Of a DNA stretch of 64,000 nucleotides, positions 10,342-22,100 are shown piece after piece; position 1 is the first letter of the stretch; every line of letters starts with the position of its first letter. The translations under genes and the position numbers were made by a program. The DNA is from a virus (lineage: Duplodnaviria > Caudoviricetes), in the IMG/VR virus record IMGVR_UViG_2974655483_000001, positions 64,001 through 128,000 of that record; one strand, written 5' to 3'. The notes under the pieces were generated by a model, which searched no databases, was not told the DNA's origin, and saw only the letters and a list, made by a program, of their open reading frames with translations.

Positions 10342-13300
10342 ATGGCAAGAACAGTACCTGGATCAGGAGCGCAGATTAAACCGATCTTCGATGAAGTTTT
10401 TGGTGTTCGCTCTGTAGAATTAATTAGTGGTGGAACTGGATACGATCCTGCCGACCCTCCAAGATTGACAATCGATGGTTGTGGCACTCCTGCTCAAGAA
10501 GCATTGCTATATCCAATTATTGATGAAGATTCGGGAAGAATTGTTCATGTTCGTGTTCTTCAAAGAGGTAGGGGTTATGATCCCTTAAGACTTAAGATTG
10601 TTCCTACATCTGAAACACCAAATGTTTTAGATTCTTTTGATATCAATAGAATCTGGCAAAATCATCCAAATTCCTTGACAAGAGGAACCTTCCAGACTTC
10701 TGGTACACCTGCTGTTAAAACTGATAGACTTCGTATTGAGTCTGACAATCATCCTAAACCTACTTGGATATTAGCAGAGGCGCAACCTGGAGGTTCTGGA
10801 AATATTGTAGATAGATCTTTTGATCAAGTTTTTGTATATCGTGGTGGTAAAGATGTTCCTTATGTAGGAACTAGAAGTTTTCAAAACAATAAATCTTTAG
10901 GAATTCTGGCAAACGGTGGTTTATTGCATACTCCAGAATGGGGTACTTTTGGAAATGCACCAACAAACTTTTCTATTGATACTGTAAAATATGACTATGT
11001 TAAAGATACTGATGCTAATGATGTAATTGTTGACAGTACAACGCATTATTATCAGACCAGTAAAGTAATTAATGAATTTGATAATCCTAATGGTGTATTT
11101 CAGTGGGGAGCGCAAGAACAGTTTGTTTGGAATATCAAGGTAGAGTTTGATAATATCATGCTTTACGTTGATAACGTAGATGAAACTTTAAATCCGATTG
11201 AAGTTGGTAGAACGATAAACGAGGTGGGGGGAATCGCTTCTGGAGAGATCGCAAAAATTGTCCGAAATGATCAAGACCAGATTATTAGAATTTATTTAAG
11301 AGATGTTGTAGGGACATTTGAAACAACTGATTTTATCTTAGGATCTACTGGATTTACATTTAGAATCAATGGTGACCCAGTTCTATTCCCTAATGGTCTC
11401 TTCTATATTGATTTTGGCGTTGATGCTCAGGAGTTTGGTTCATTTACTCCTGGAAAATATTACCTTGCTCCAGAAAGTATCAAGGTCCAAAGAAACTATC
11501 TGATTATTTGGAATCAATCTGATGCCACAAATCAACCAAGTGCTTTACATGCTCAAGGACATCCAATGCAGTTTAGTACTACCCAGGATGGGGCTCTAAA
11601 CAACGGCACTCTATATTATAGTAGTACAGGTGCATCTGCTGCCCCTGCTTCTGATTATGAGAATGAGTTTAACCCATTGTTCATAATGAATGCGGATGAA
11701 ACTAATCGCATTTACTATTATTGCAAAGTCCATCGCTACATGTCTGGATATGAAGGCGATGAAGGATACATGTATCTCGATCCCGAAATTGAGGAAGAGG
11801 AAGAAGAGAACATAAACACCTACTATGTCGAAGACTTTTTCGGCACAGAGGTAGCAGGAACGAAAGATTTATCTAGACATGTAGACGGTCACTCAAAAGT
11901 TCTTGGTATGTCCTTTGATGGATATCCTATTTACGGACCATTTGGATATGTTACTGGTAGAACTGTCGGTAGAATGACGAGTTCTTTTAGATTAAAAACT
12001 ACTGAAGAACTTTCTGGTACTAGAGAAGAAGTTGTAACTGCAAGTACAATAACTTATACTGTTACTGTTTCAAATTCTAAATTTTATTTTGATGGGCAAG
12101 AAGAACAGTTACTGAATCTTAAAAGAGGAAAAACTTATATCTTCAATCAAGATGATGCTAGCAACACTGGTGATGGCAACTTCTTGATGTTCTCTTTGAC
12201 AGAAGATGGTTGGCATAGTACAGGAAGTTCGCTTAATATTGGAACAACTTCATATCTATATGATGCTGAAGGTTTAGTTGAATATTATTTGGATGGAGTT
12301 TTAACACCATACGCAACATATTTGGGTGGATTTGCTGCTGCGACGACAAGAGAAGTTCGTATCACTATTCCTGTAAATTCACCTCGGGTTGCTTATGCTT
12401 TTTCATATTCAAATCCTGGTTATGGAATTCGTCTTGTTAATGAAGGATACATTCTTGGTGATTTAACTCAGGATTATATCTACGATGCTTCTGTAGGTAT
12501 TCTTGATCAATATAATGGTAAGTATGTTGTTACCCCAGAATATCCGAATGGTACTTATGCATATTTCATGACAGAGGATGGTAGTGGGAATCCAGTTTAT
12601 CCATATGCGATTGGTCCCCAGTACTATGGAACACCTATATTTGAAGGCGATGCTGTTCCCGATCAAGTATCAGTCTTCCCCATTGAAGCAGAAGGTGATA
12701 TTGTCCTTAATACTGATGGGACCGTATCATATATTAAGATGACTAAAAACGGTGATAACTTCTTTGGTGCGGCAAAGGCAGTTATTCTTGGAGGTGAAGG
12801 AACTGGTGCTTTGGCAACTCCTGTTACTCAAACTATTACTGGTTTATCACTGTTAAATGAAGGTAGAAGTTATGCAACACCACCAAACCTTATTTTTGAA
12901 GGTGGTGGTGGACAAGGTGCTGAGGGTGCAGCATCAATTGATACTCTTGGCAAAGTTACGTCGATTAATATTGTTGATGGTGGTGAATTCTATCAGACAG
13001 AACCCTATATTCTTCTGACTGGTGGTGGTGGACTTGGTGCAAAGGCAGAAGCAGTTATTAATCAAGGTGCTATTACTGGTATTAGTATTACTGATCCTGG
13101 CAAAGGATATACCTCTGCACCAAATGTTGTCTTCACCAGACTTGTAAATCTTAAGCGTAAAACAAGAGCTCGTCAGGCATTCAACTCTTCTGATATTTAC
13201 TTAACAGGTCTCACTAAATCACTCGGGTCTAGTGATACTACAGTTTATGTTTCTTCTACAGATGCATATCCAGGATCTGGTTCTCTTATAGTTAATAGGG

Positions 13301-14556
13301 AAACTATTTCATATACTGCTAAGAGTAGGGGTAGATTTACTGGAATTACTAGAGGCGTCAATTTTAAATATGACCAAAGAGTTATATTGGATGATGGACA
13401 AAATGATGCTGATGGAAATTCTAACTATCAGTTTAGTGTTGGTGATAGGGTAATTCGTAGGGTTGAGAGTGCTAATAACAAGATTGCTAAAGTATATGAT
13501 TGGGATCCTAGCACTAGAGAACTTCTAGTTGTATTTGAAGTTGATGAACTTGCATTTATTGATGGTGGTATTCCTTCAACAACTGATGCTATTGTTCAGT
13601 TTGATGCTGGTGTTGCAAATAGTAGTGGAACAGGTGTTCTTCCGCATACAATTATTGCTGCAGTTGGTAGCAGTATATCTACATTAACCGTACCTATTGC
13701 AACAATTGTAGATAGTGCGTTTGAGGATAATGATGAGAATGAAGATCCTTTAAATCCAGGAACATTTTTGGGAGATGGTATTGCAGATTTGATTAACACT
13801 GCTACAGATTATGCAAGTCAGATCAGTCTAGATGGTGGCATATATAATTCATTGTATGGTATTGAAGAGACTCAAGGTGGTCAAAATACTACATTACTTC
13901 AAGTTGGAGATAATATCAAAGACGCAGATATACCTTTCAAATTTGCCACAATTACTTCTGCAGGTGGATTGAGTGATGGCGTCGAACATCCTGTTCTTCT
14001 AACACTTACTTTAGACTCTTCTAATGGTAATGGTCAAAATTATAGTACAAATGAAATTGTAACTGGTGCTATCTCTGGTATTCAAGGAACGGTAGTATCT
14101 TGGGATACTACTACATCAAAATTAGTATTGAAGGATATTGTTCCTTTTAATACAAATAATGTCAATATTGGTGTAAATGGATATCTATATGAGTTCTCAA
14201 GTAACAGTACAGTTGTTGATGTAGTTGTTGTAAATAACGGAACAAACTACACTGCAGTTCCAAGTATTGTTATTGAAAGTACGGGTGATATTCAAGCAAC
14301 TGGTACTGTTGTTATGTCAACATCTGGTGACCGAGTAGATTCTATAACTATTACAAATGGAGGTTATGGAATTCCTCAAACAGTTGACAATAGTTATAAT
14401 CTACACCCTACAATCACATTTACAAATGCAGGTGGTGATTCGACAGGTTCTGGTGCAGCGGCTCAGGCAGTTTTGGGTGGAGAAAATGTGACTGGTAATG
14501 CTGGAGCGAGTTATCGTATCAAATCTATTGAATACTCTACATTAGTTCGTTCGTAA
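10342..14556 (+). CDS. Virion structural protein with YHYH-like domain and cupredoxin-like module
   Basis: [17 protein letters not shown] and [22 protein letters not shown] motifs; HPM...[10 protein letters not shown]; GxGY beta repeats; structural-module context. Confidence 0.7.
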   Translation: MARTVPGSGAQIKPIFDEVFGVRSVELISGGTGYDPADPPRLTIDGCGTPAQEALLYPIIDEDSGRIVHVRVLQRGRGYDPLRLKIVPTSETPNVLDSFDINRIWQNHPNSLTRGTFQTSGTPAVKTDRLRIESDNHPKPTWILAEAQPGGSGNIVDRSFDQVFVYRGGKDVPYVGTRSFQNNKSLGILANGGLLHTPEWGTFGNAPTNFSIDTVKYDYVKDTDANDVIVDSTTHYYQTSKVINEFDNPNGVFQWGAQEQFVWNIKVEFDNIMLYVDNVDETLNPIEVGRTINEVGGIASGEIAKIVRNDQDQIIRIYLRDVVGTFETTDFILGSTGFTFRINGDPVLFPNGLFYIDFGVDAQEFGSFTPGKYYLAPESIKVQRNYLIIWNQSDATNQPSALHAQGHPMQFSTTQDGALNNGTLYYSSTGASAAPASDYENEFNPLFIMNADETNRIYYYCKVHRYMSGYEGDEGYMYLDPEIEEEEEENINTYYVEDFFGTEVAGTKDLSRHVDGHSKVLGMSFDGYPIYGPFGYVTGRTVGRMTSSFRLKTTEELSGTREEVVTASTITYTVTVSNSKFYFDGQEEQLLNLKRGKTYIFNQDDASNTGDGNFLMFSLTEDGWHSTGSSLNIGTTSYLYDAEGLVEYYLDGVLTPYATYLGGFAAATTREVRITIPVNSPRVAYAFSYSNPGYGIRLVNEGYILGDLTQDYIYDASVGILDQYNGKYVVTPEYPNGTYAYFMTEDGSGNPVYPYAIGPQYYGTPIFEGDAVPDQVSVFPIEAEGDIVLNTDGTVSYIKMTKNGDNFFGAAKAVILGGEGTGALATPVTQTITGLSLLNEGRSYATPPNLIFEGGGGQGAEGAASIDTLGKVTSINIVDGGEFYQTEPYILLTGGGGLGAKAEAVINQGAITGISITDPGKGYTSAPNVVFTRLVNLKRKTRARQAFNSSDIYLTGLTKSLGSSDTTVYVSSTDAYPGSGSLIVNRETISYTAKSRGRFTGITRGVNFKYDQRVILDDGQNDADGNSNYQFSVGDRVIRRVESANNKIAKVYDWDPSTRELLVVFEVDELAFIDGGIPSTTDAIVQFDAGVANSSGTGVLPHTIIAAVGSSISTLTVPIATIVDSAFEDNDENEDPLNPGTFLGDGIADLINTATDYASQISLDGGIYNSLYGIEETQGGQNTTLLQVGDNIKDADIPFKFATITSAGGLSDGVEHPVLLTLTLDSSNGNGQNYSTNEIVTGAISGIQGTVVSWDTTTSKLVLKDIVPFNTNNVNIGVNGYLYEFSSNSTVVDVVVVNNGTNYTAVPSIVIESTGDIQATGTVVMSTSGDRVDSITITNGGYGIPQTVDNSYNLHPTITFTNAGGDSTGSGAAAQAVLGGENVTGNAGASYRIKSIEYSTLVRS

Positions 14557-14561
14557 CCTTC

Positions 14562-14568
14562 ATAAATA
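14562..14568 (+). promoter_or_regulatory. T4-type late promoter
   Basis: cATAAATA in the intergenic region before gp8. Confidence 0.7.
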
Positions 14569-14595
14569 AACAAGAGGACAATAATCCCTTAGGAA

Positions 14596-16128
14596 ATGGC
14601 AGCTCTATTAACTGATCAATTTAGGATTTTCTCAGCGAGAAAGTTCATTAAGGCATTGGAAGGACCCGATGCCACTCAGAGTGATGATGTAGCAGGTACT
14701 ACGAGAGATCGTTTGTATCTGTTCATTGGTCGTCCTCAAACTTGGGATAATGAAAATTCTCCTCCCCAAGCAATAGATTCCTTTCAGGAATTTTCTAGTT
14801 CTTATGATGACATGATCTCTTTGAAGCGTGTCCTCGCTTCAGATACGGTTCAGGTTGTTCGTCGTATTGATTGGGTTTCTCCAGAGCAAACTACAGGTGG
14901 ACTTGGTTTCACCTATGATATGTATCGTCATGATTACTCTCCTAGTAAGACTGCTTCCTCTGGTGCTACCAAACTGTATGATTCAGATTTTTATGTTGTA
15001 AACTCACAATATCAAGTTTACAAGGTAATCTATAACGGAACATCTCCTTCGGATCCCAACGGCAAACCCTCTACAGTTGAACCTACAGGTTCCTCTACTA
15101 GTATTATTACTACAGGTGATGGGTATCGTTGGAAGTACATGTATACAATTCCTGTCGCCTCGGTTCTTAAGTTTTTCTCTAATGATTATATGCCCGTCTT
15201 TACAAATGACGCGGTAAGAACCAATGCTGTTTCTGGAGAGATTGATACTGTAGTTATTAGTTCTGCAGGTTCTGGATACAATAATGGCACATACGATAAT
15301 GTTGCTATTAACGGTGATGGTACTGGTGGTAGAGTTTCTATTGTTATTGATGGCGGCAGAATTATTTCTGCTACTGTAACCTCTGGTGGTACTGGATATA
15401 CATTTGGTAAAATCAGTATTGATTCTATTACTGGTATTGGTACTGGTGCTAGTGGTATTGTTGATGTTATCATGCCTCCTCCTGGTGGTCATGGTTCTGA
15501 CTCTGTTGTAGAACTTGGTGCATTCCGAGTTATGGTTAACGCTAAACTTTCTTATGATGAAGGTGCTGGTGATTTCCCGATCGATAACGACTACCGTCGT
15601 ATTGGTCTTGTTACCAATCCTCTGAAGTTTGGTACTGAAGAACTCATTTCGGATTTGACAGTTTCTGCTGCTAAAGCAGTTATCTTCTCTCCTACATTCC
15701 AAGGCAACTATGTTCCTGATGAAATTATTACTCAAACAAGAGTTGTTGGTGGTACAAGCATCACCGCTCGTGGTAGAGTAGTTTCATGGAATCCTACTAC
15801 TAAAGTATTGAAGTACTATCAGAACTCAATTGATGGTATTTTCCCTGAAGTTACAGGCACGCAAAATGAACTTGACGGGTCTAATGTTATCAGTGGGGCA
15901 ACTTCTGGTGCTGCTGGGCAACCAGATGTAAACTTCCCTGCTGTTCCCAACTCATCTTCCCGAACAATTAATAATACGGAATATGATTTGGGTATGAAAT
16001 TTAATAATGGTTATGCGAAACCCGAAATCAAATCAAACAGCGGTAATGTTGTTTACATAGATAATAGACGAGCAATCAGTCGTGCAAACGACCAGGTAGA
16101 AGACATCAAAATCGTAATCGAATTCTAA
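14596..16128 (+). CDS. gp8: Baseplate wedge subunit gp8
   Basis: YLFIGRPQTW, DGYRWKYMYTI and C-terminal IDNRRAISRANDQVEDIKIVIEF motifs typical of T4-like gp8. Confidence 0.9.
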   Translation: MAALLTDQFRIFSARKFIKALEGPDATQSDDVAGTTRDRLYLFIGRPQTWDNENSPPQAIDSFQEFSSSYDDMISLKRVLASDTVQVVRRIDWVSPEQTTGGLGFTYDMYRHDYSPSKTASSGATKLYDSDFYVVNSQYQVYKVIYNGTSPSDPNGKPSTVEPTGSSTSIITTGDGYRWKYMYTIPVASVLKFFSNDYMPVFTNDAVRTNAVSGEIDTVVISSAGSGYNNGTYDNVAINGDGTGGRVSIVIDGGRIISATVTSGGTGYTFGKISIDSITGIGTGASGIVDVIMPPPGGHGSDSVVELGAFRVMVNAKLSYDEGAGDFPIDNDYRRIGLVTNPLKFGTEELISDLTVSAAKAVIFSPTFQGNYVPDEIITQTRVVGGTSITARGRVVSWNPTTKVLKYYQNSIDGIFPEVTGTQNELDGSNVISGATSGAAGQPDVNFPAVPNSSSRTINNTEYDLGMKFNNGYAKPEIKSNSGNVVYIDNRRAISRANDQVEDIKIVIEF

Positions 16129-19100
16129 TGGCACAAAATACCAATCTAAACGTTACACCCTATTACGACGATTTCGATAAAGATAAGAATTTTTATCGAG
16201 TTCTATTTCGTCCTGGATTTCCAATTCAGGCGAGAGAACTTACTACAATGCAGAGCATTCTGCAAAACCAGGTTGAGAATGTAGGTTCTCACCTGTTTAA
16301 GGATGGTGCAATGGTCATCCCAGGTCAAGTGGGTTATGACTTGACTGTCGATGCTATCATGCTTCAAGAATCTTTCCTTGGTGCTGATGTTGAGTCTTAT
16401 AGATCTCAATTGGATGGATTAATTATTGAAGGTTTGACAACTGGTGTTAAGGCAAAAGTTTTATATAGTATTTCCTCAACGGAATCTGATAAGGGATATA
16501 TTACATTATATTTAAAGTACATCGAATCTGGCGGTACTAATAATTCTACTGAACTGTTTGCAAGTAATGAACAGTTAGTTACAGATACGGAAATTACTTT
16601 CGGCACAACTCTAATTGAGGTAGGTTCTCCTTTCGCTCAGTTATTGCCTACAGATGCACTACAACAAGGTTCTGTCTCATATGTGCAGCAAGGAGTTTAT
16701 TTCATTAGAGGATTCTTTGTTGATGTAGATTATCAATATATCCTCCTTGATCAATATGGAAGTAACCCCTCCTATCGTATCGGTCTCAACATTCAAGAAT
16801 CGATTGTTACCCCAGAAGACGACCTTAGTCTTAACGATAACGCTGCTGGAACATCTAACTATGCTGCTCCTGGTTCTCATAGATTTAGAATCAAAACAAC
16901 ATTAATCAAGAAACTTTTAACCGATGATGCTGACAAGAACTTCATCGAACTTCTTCGTATCAACAACTCTAAGGTAGAGAAGTTAGTTGATAGAAGTGCG
17001 TTAAATGAACTAGAAAAAGGTCTTGCATTAAGAACTTATGAGGAATCTGGTAATTATGTTGTAAAAGATTTTGAAATTTCCGTCAGAGAAAGTCTTGATG
17101 ATGGATTCAATAATGGTGTATATCCTGCAGGAGCAACAACTTCTAATGGAACTGCTACCTCCGATGCCAAATATGCTGTTGAATTTGGTGCTGGTATTGC
17201 ATATATTAAAGGTTATAGAGTTAAGCGTCTTTCTCCATCGTATGTCGATTTAGACAAACCCCGTGAAACTCTAGATGCACAAAACGTCATTGTCCCATTT
17301 GAAATGGGTAACTTTAGTAATGTTACTAATATTTTTGGATTCCCGAATACATCAGGTTCCACTATTACCAATGCATATCATACTTTAGAATTAAGAGATA
17401 CTGCTAGTTCTTCTGCAGGTTCTGCTGCAGGTGATTTGATTGGATACGCTAGAGTCACATCAATCGAGCACCTTAACGATCCTGACAATACCTTTGGTAA
17501 TGCGGATGACCAGTATAAACTGAACGTCATGGATGTTCAGATGTTCACTGTATTGGAACTTGCTAGTGCTAAAAGTATTGCTCAAGGTTCTTTGGTGATT
17601 GGTGGCACTTCTGGTGCTAGAGCATATATTGTATCTGCTACAACTTCTAGTGATAGAGTTGATGTATATCAAGTAGAAGGAACATTTTTACAAAATGAAA
17701 TGCTTCTTGTTGATGGTGCATTCCTTGATACTATTAATCATATCCATAGTTATCAGTATTCAGATACCCGTCAATTTGTTGCTAGAGATGAGTCAACTTC
17801 TGCTATTGAGTTTACTGCAGATTTAGTTCTTGAAGATGTTCAGTTGGTGGAAGGTAGTACTTTCACTTATAATGCAACTGGTGGATCTGAAACTATCACA
17901 GGTCTACAATCAAACTTTGCCTTAGATCTTCGTCCTGGAGATAGAATCTACTTCAATAGTACTGAATTTGTAACTGTTGATCTTGTCACTCCTGGAGATC
18001 TTGCAACAGGAAGTAGTGCATCTATCTTTGACTATATAAATCAGGTTGTTAATGTAACTCCTCCTGGCAGCAACTTCCCTAGTGCAGGAACTTATAATAC
18101 CCTACTTAGATATAGATCTAAACTATTTGATGTTGCAAATGCAGACCTTCTTAGCGATATGCCTAAGAAGTATATTAAGAGTATTTCTGACGAATCTATG
18201 ATCGTTAGAAGAACTTTTGATGCCCAAACAGTTTCTTCTGATTCAATCTCAATCACACTGCCAGAGAATGAGCAGTTTGAAAGTATTACCGATGAAGCAT
18301 ATACTGTAACTGTATTAGCAGGTACAAATGGCACTCATCCTGTAGGAGATCAAATTACCTTGGACACTGTTACTACTAGTGCTCTTGGTTATACCTCATT
18401 CACATCAGCAGACAGAACTACTCTTCAGATTGAGAATCTTACAAATATCACATCAGTTAAAGTAACTGCCACAGTTTCTAAGAATGTAACTGTCAGAAAA
18501 ACTAAATCTGGCAATGAGATGTTTGTTTTAAAGGTAACAAATACTACTGCTAATTTAGATAAGCAAAATTATAACCTAACATATTCTAACCTTTATGGTA
18601 CTAGAATTGAAGATAAGGAGTTGTCCCTTGGTCTGACAGATAGTTATAGATTACATGCAGTATATGAGTCTAATGATGATGACGATCCTGTCCTTCCATC
18701 AGTAATTTTGGTTGAACCTGTATTCTTTGCTAATGGCACTATTGTAACTGGTAGAACATCTAAATCAAGAGCAAAGGTTGTTGATTTTGCATCGGGTAGT
18801 TTAAAACTTAGTTTAGTTTATATCACTGGTTCGTTCATATCTGGTGAAACCTTGGATGGTTTTGATAGTACTGGGGCAGCGATTTCTGCAATTATTAACG
18901 ACAGCGAAGGTTCTATTGTAGCTGGTTCTAAAGTCGTAACTGATAATTACTTCCTGGAAGTCGCACAAACTGGTTTTATCTATAATATCTCTAGGGTTGT
19001 TCGCAAAAAAGGTACTATTGCCCCTATCAGAAAACTAAAACTTGTTCTCGATTACTATTCACACTCTTCAACGGGTGATTATTTTGGTGGTCAGTCATAT

Positions 19101-22100
19101 CTGAATACTGCTTATACCGATATTCCTTTCTTTGGATTTAAATTCCTTGCAGATTACTTGGATTTCCGTCCAGGTGTAAAGAATTTGTATAGTGGAACTG
19201 GTACTGTAGCATCTCCAGCATATGTAAACTGTTCCACATTCGACTTTAAGTCACGAGTATTTAATATTTCAGGCACTCCAAACGCAACTGTCTTTGATAT
19301 TCCTAAGTTGAACAGCAACTTCCGTTGTGATTTTGATTGGTATTTACCTAGAAAGGATAAAGCATTCGTCACACCTGATGGAGAGTTCCAGATTATTAAG
19401 GGTAAGTCTTCAGATATTCCAGAAGAACCCGATGATTTAAAAGATGGTATGCTTCTGGCAACTATTAGTCACAAACCATATGGTTTTGATCCTGAAAATG
19501 ATACTGTAATTGTCCGTTCTGATAATAGACGATATACGATGCGAGACATCGGTGCTATTGAGCGTCGTTTAGATCAAGTCGAATATTACACATCACTCAA
19601 TCTACTTGAAAGTGATACCTTCAATAGTCAGATTTTGGATTCTAGTGGAAAAAATCGTTTAAAGAATGGATTTATTGTTGATGACTTCAGTGATCATGGC
19701 AAATCAGATACTTCTCATGAAGATTTTTCAGCGGCACTTGATTTTGAGTATGGGGAATGCCGTCCAGCACACTACACAACCAATGTCCCTTTAATTATTA
19801 ACGAAAGTCTCTCAACAAATTATCAGCAGACTGGTCCTCTAATCACATTACCTTACACTGAATTTAAAATTATTGAGCAACCATATGCATCTAGAGTTGA
19901 AAATATCAACCCATTTAATGTCTTCACATATATTGGGCGTATTACATTAACTCCTGGTTCTGATGATTGGTTGGATACTTCTAGAGTTCCTGCAAGAGTC
20001 ACTCAAATTGAAGGAGATTTCCAACAGGTTTCTTCTGAAATGAATGTTGACCAGAATGGTTTTGCTCCTATCCAATGGAGAGCATGGCAAACTAATTGGA
20101 TTGGTGAAAGAGTTCTTGGTTCATCAACTGTAAGAAACACAGGATGGTTAGCAGAAGATAGAGGTAGATCTCCATTGCCTGGTGTCTGGGGTGGTCGTGG
20201 TATGCGTCGTATTAATAGAACGACAACAATTGAAGCGGTAAGCGGACAAACTCGTGAAGGTGTAAGAAGTAGAGTTATTCCTAGAATTGATAGACAATCT
20301 TTAGGTGATAGCATTCTTTCTAGCACAAGTATTCCTTGGATTCGTTCCAGAAATATTGATGTTGATGTTGCTCGCTTAAAGCCAAGAACTCGTTTCTATT
20401 CATTCTTTGATGGAAGATCTACAGTCGATTATCAAGTTCCTAAGATGATTGAAATCATTAAGGATCCATCTATTGATACCAGAACAAACTCCACACCATT
20501 CGTTATTGGTGAAACTGTAACAGGTTTGACTTCTGGTTGTAAGTTCAAAGTTGCTGCGCCAAATGACTTCTATAGGTTTAATCCATATGATGACAGCGCA
20601 CTTCCAGATTCTTATGCATCTACAACAGCATTCCTGAATATTGATACTATTGAATTGTCTAAGCAGGCAACTGGTGACTATTATGGAAACTTCCAAGTTC
20701 AGGAAGTTTTAGTTGGTACTTCTGGTGCAACAGCAGTTGTAAGAGACCGTCGTTTAATTTCAGATCGTTTCGGCAAACTTAGAACTTCATTCTTTATTCC
20801 ATCTCCATCTCTTGATACCAATCCTAGATGGGCAACTGGTACTAGAACATTGAGACTATCTACTTCTGATGTTGACTCACGTCTTGCGGGTGCAGTAGCA
20901 TCTGCCGCTGAAACTAATTATGAAGCATCTGGTACTTTGAACACTATCCAAGAAAATGTTCTTGCTGTTCGTAATGCTGATGTTGTTCGTGATACGGTAA
21001 CTCAGAATAGAACAATTCGTTCTACTAGAACTGAACTTAGACAGATTGGTTGGTATGACCCTCTGGCACAATCATTCATCGTCGATGAAACTGATGGTGT
21101 GTTCTTAACTTCTATTGATGTATATTTCTTTAAGAAAGATGCCAGTATTCCTGTTTCGATGCAAATCAGAACTATGGAAAATGGTTATCCAACAACAACT
21201 ATTCTGCCATTCTCTGATGTAACTCTTGAACCAGACTCGGTTCAGTTGTCAGAATCTGCTGCTGTTGCAACTAAGTTTACATTTGATGCACCAGTATTCA
21301 TCCCTCAGTCAGTTGAGCATTGTTTTGTTCTCTTATCAGACTCCAACTCTTATCAGATTTGGATCTCTAGAATGGGAGAACAAGATATTAGTGGAGACAG
21401 AACAATTTCTGAGCAACCTTATGCTGGTGTTCTATTCAAATCACAGAACGCATCTACATGGACTGCTGACCAGTATGAAGATCTCAAGTTTATTGTCAAC
21501 CGAGCAGAGTTCACCAATACATTAAACAGTAGAGTTGTTGTTAATAATACTGCGTTAGCTAGAGGTAATGGTGGTGAGTTGAATCTTCGCAGAGATGCCA
21601 TTCAGACATTCACTCCTGAGTTGGTATTGACATTAAACTCCACTACATTACCTTATACCGTTGGATCTCGTATCTACCAAAAAACTACTTTGGCAGAAGG
21701 TACTATCTCCGCTGTACAAACTACTGTTGCTGGAGTTCTACTGACAATCAAAGACATTAGTGGCAGTTGGGCAGCAGGTTCTAATACTGGTGGAGTTATT
21801 ACTAACCGCATAGTATCATCTAAGACACTAGCAACTATGGTTGTTAGTACTCCCACAGGAGACTTCACTCCTGGTGAAACTATTACTGGTAATAGTGCTG
21901 ATGCACCAACTGCAGAAGTTGTAACTTGGAACTCGGGAACCAATACATTAACACTCCGTTATGTATCTACCGACTTTACTGCTTCTACAGAAACTATTAC
22001 TGGAGGAACATCTGCTATTACAGCAACAGTTAGTACTGTCAGTTATAGTGGAGACGCTATCGAATCTTCTGCAGTCAGTGATTCATTCGTTAGTGCTACA

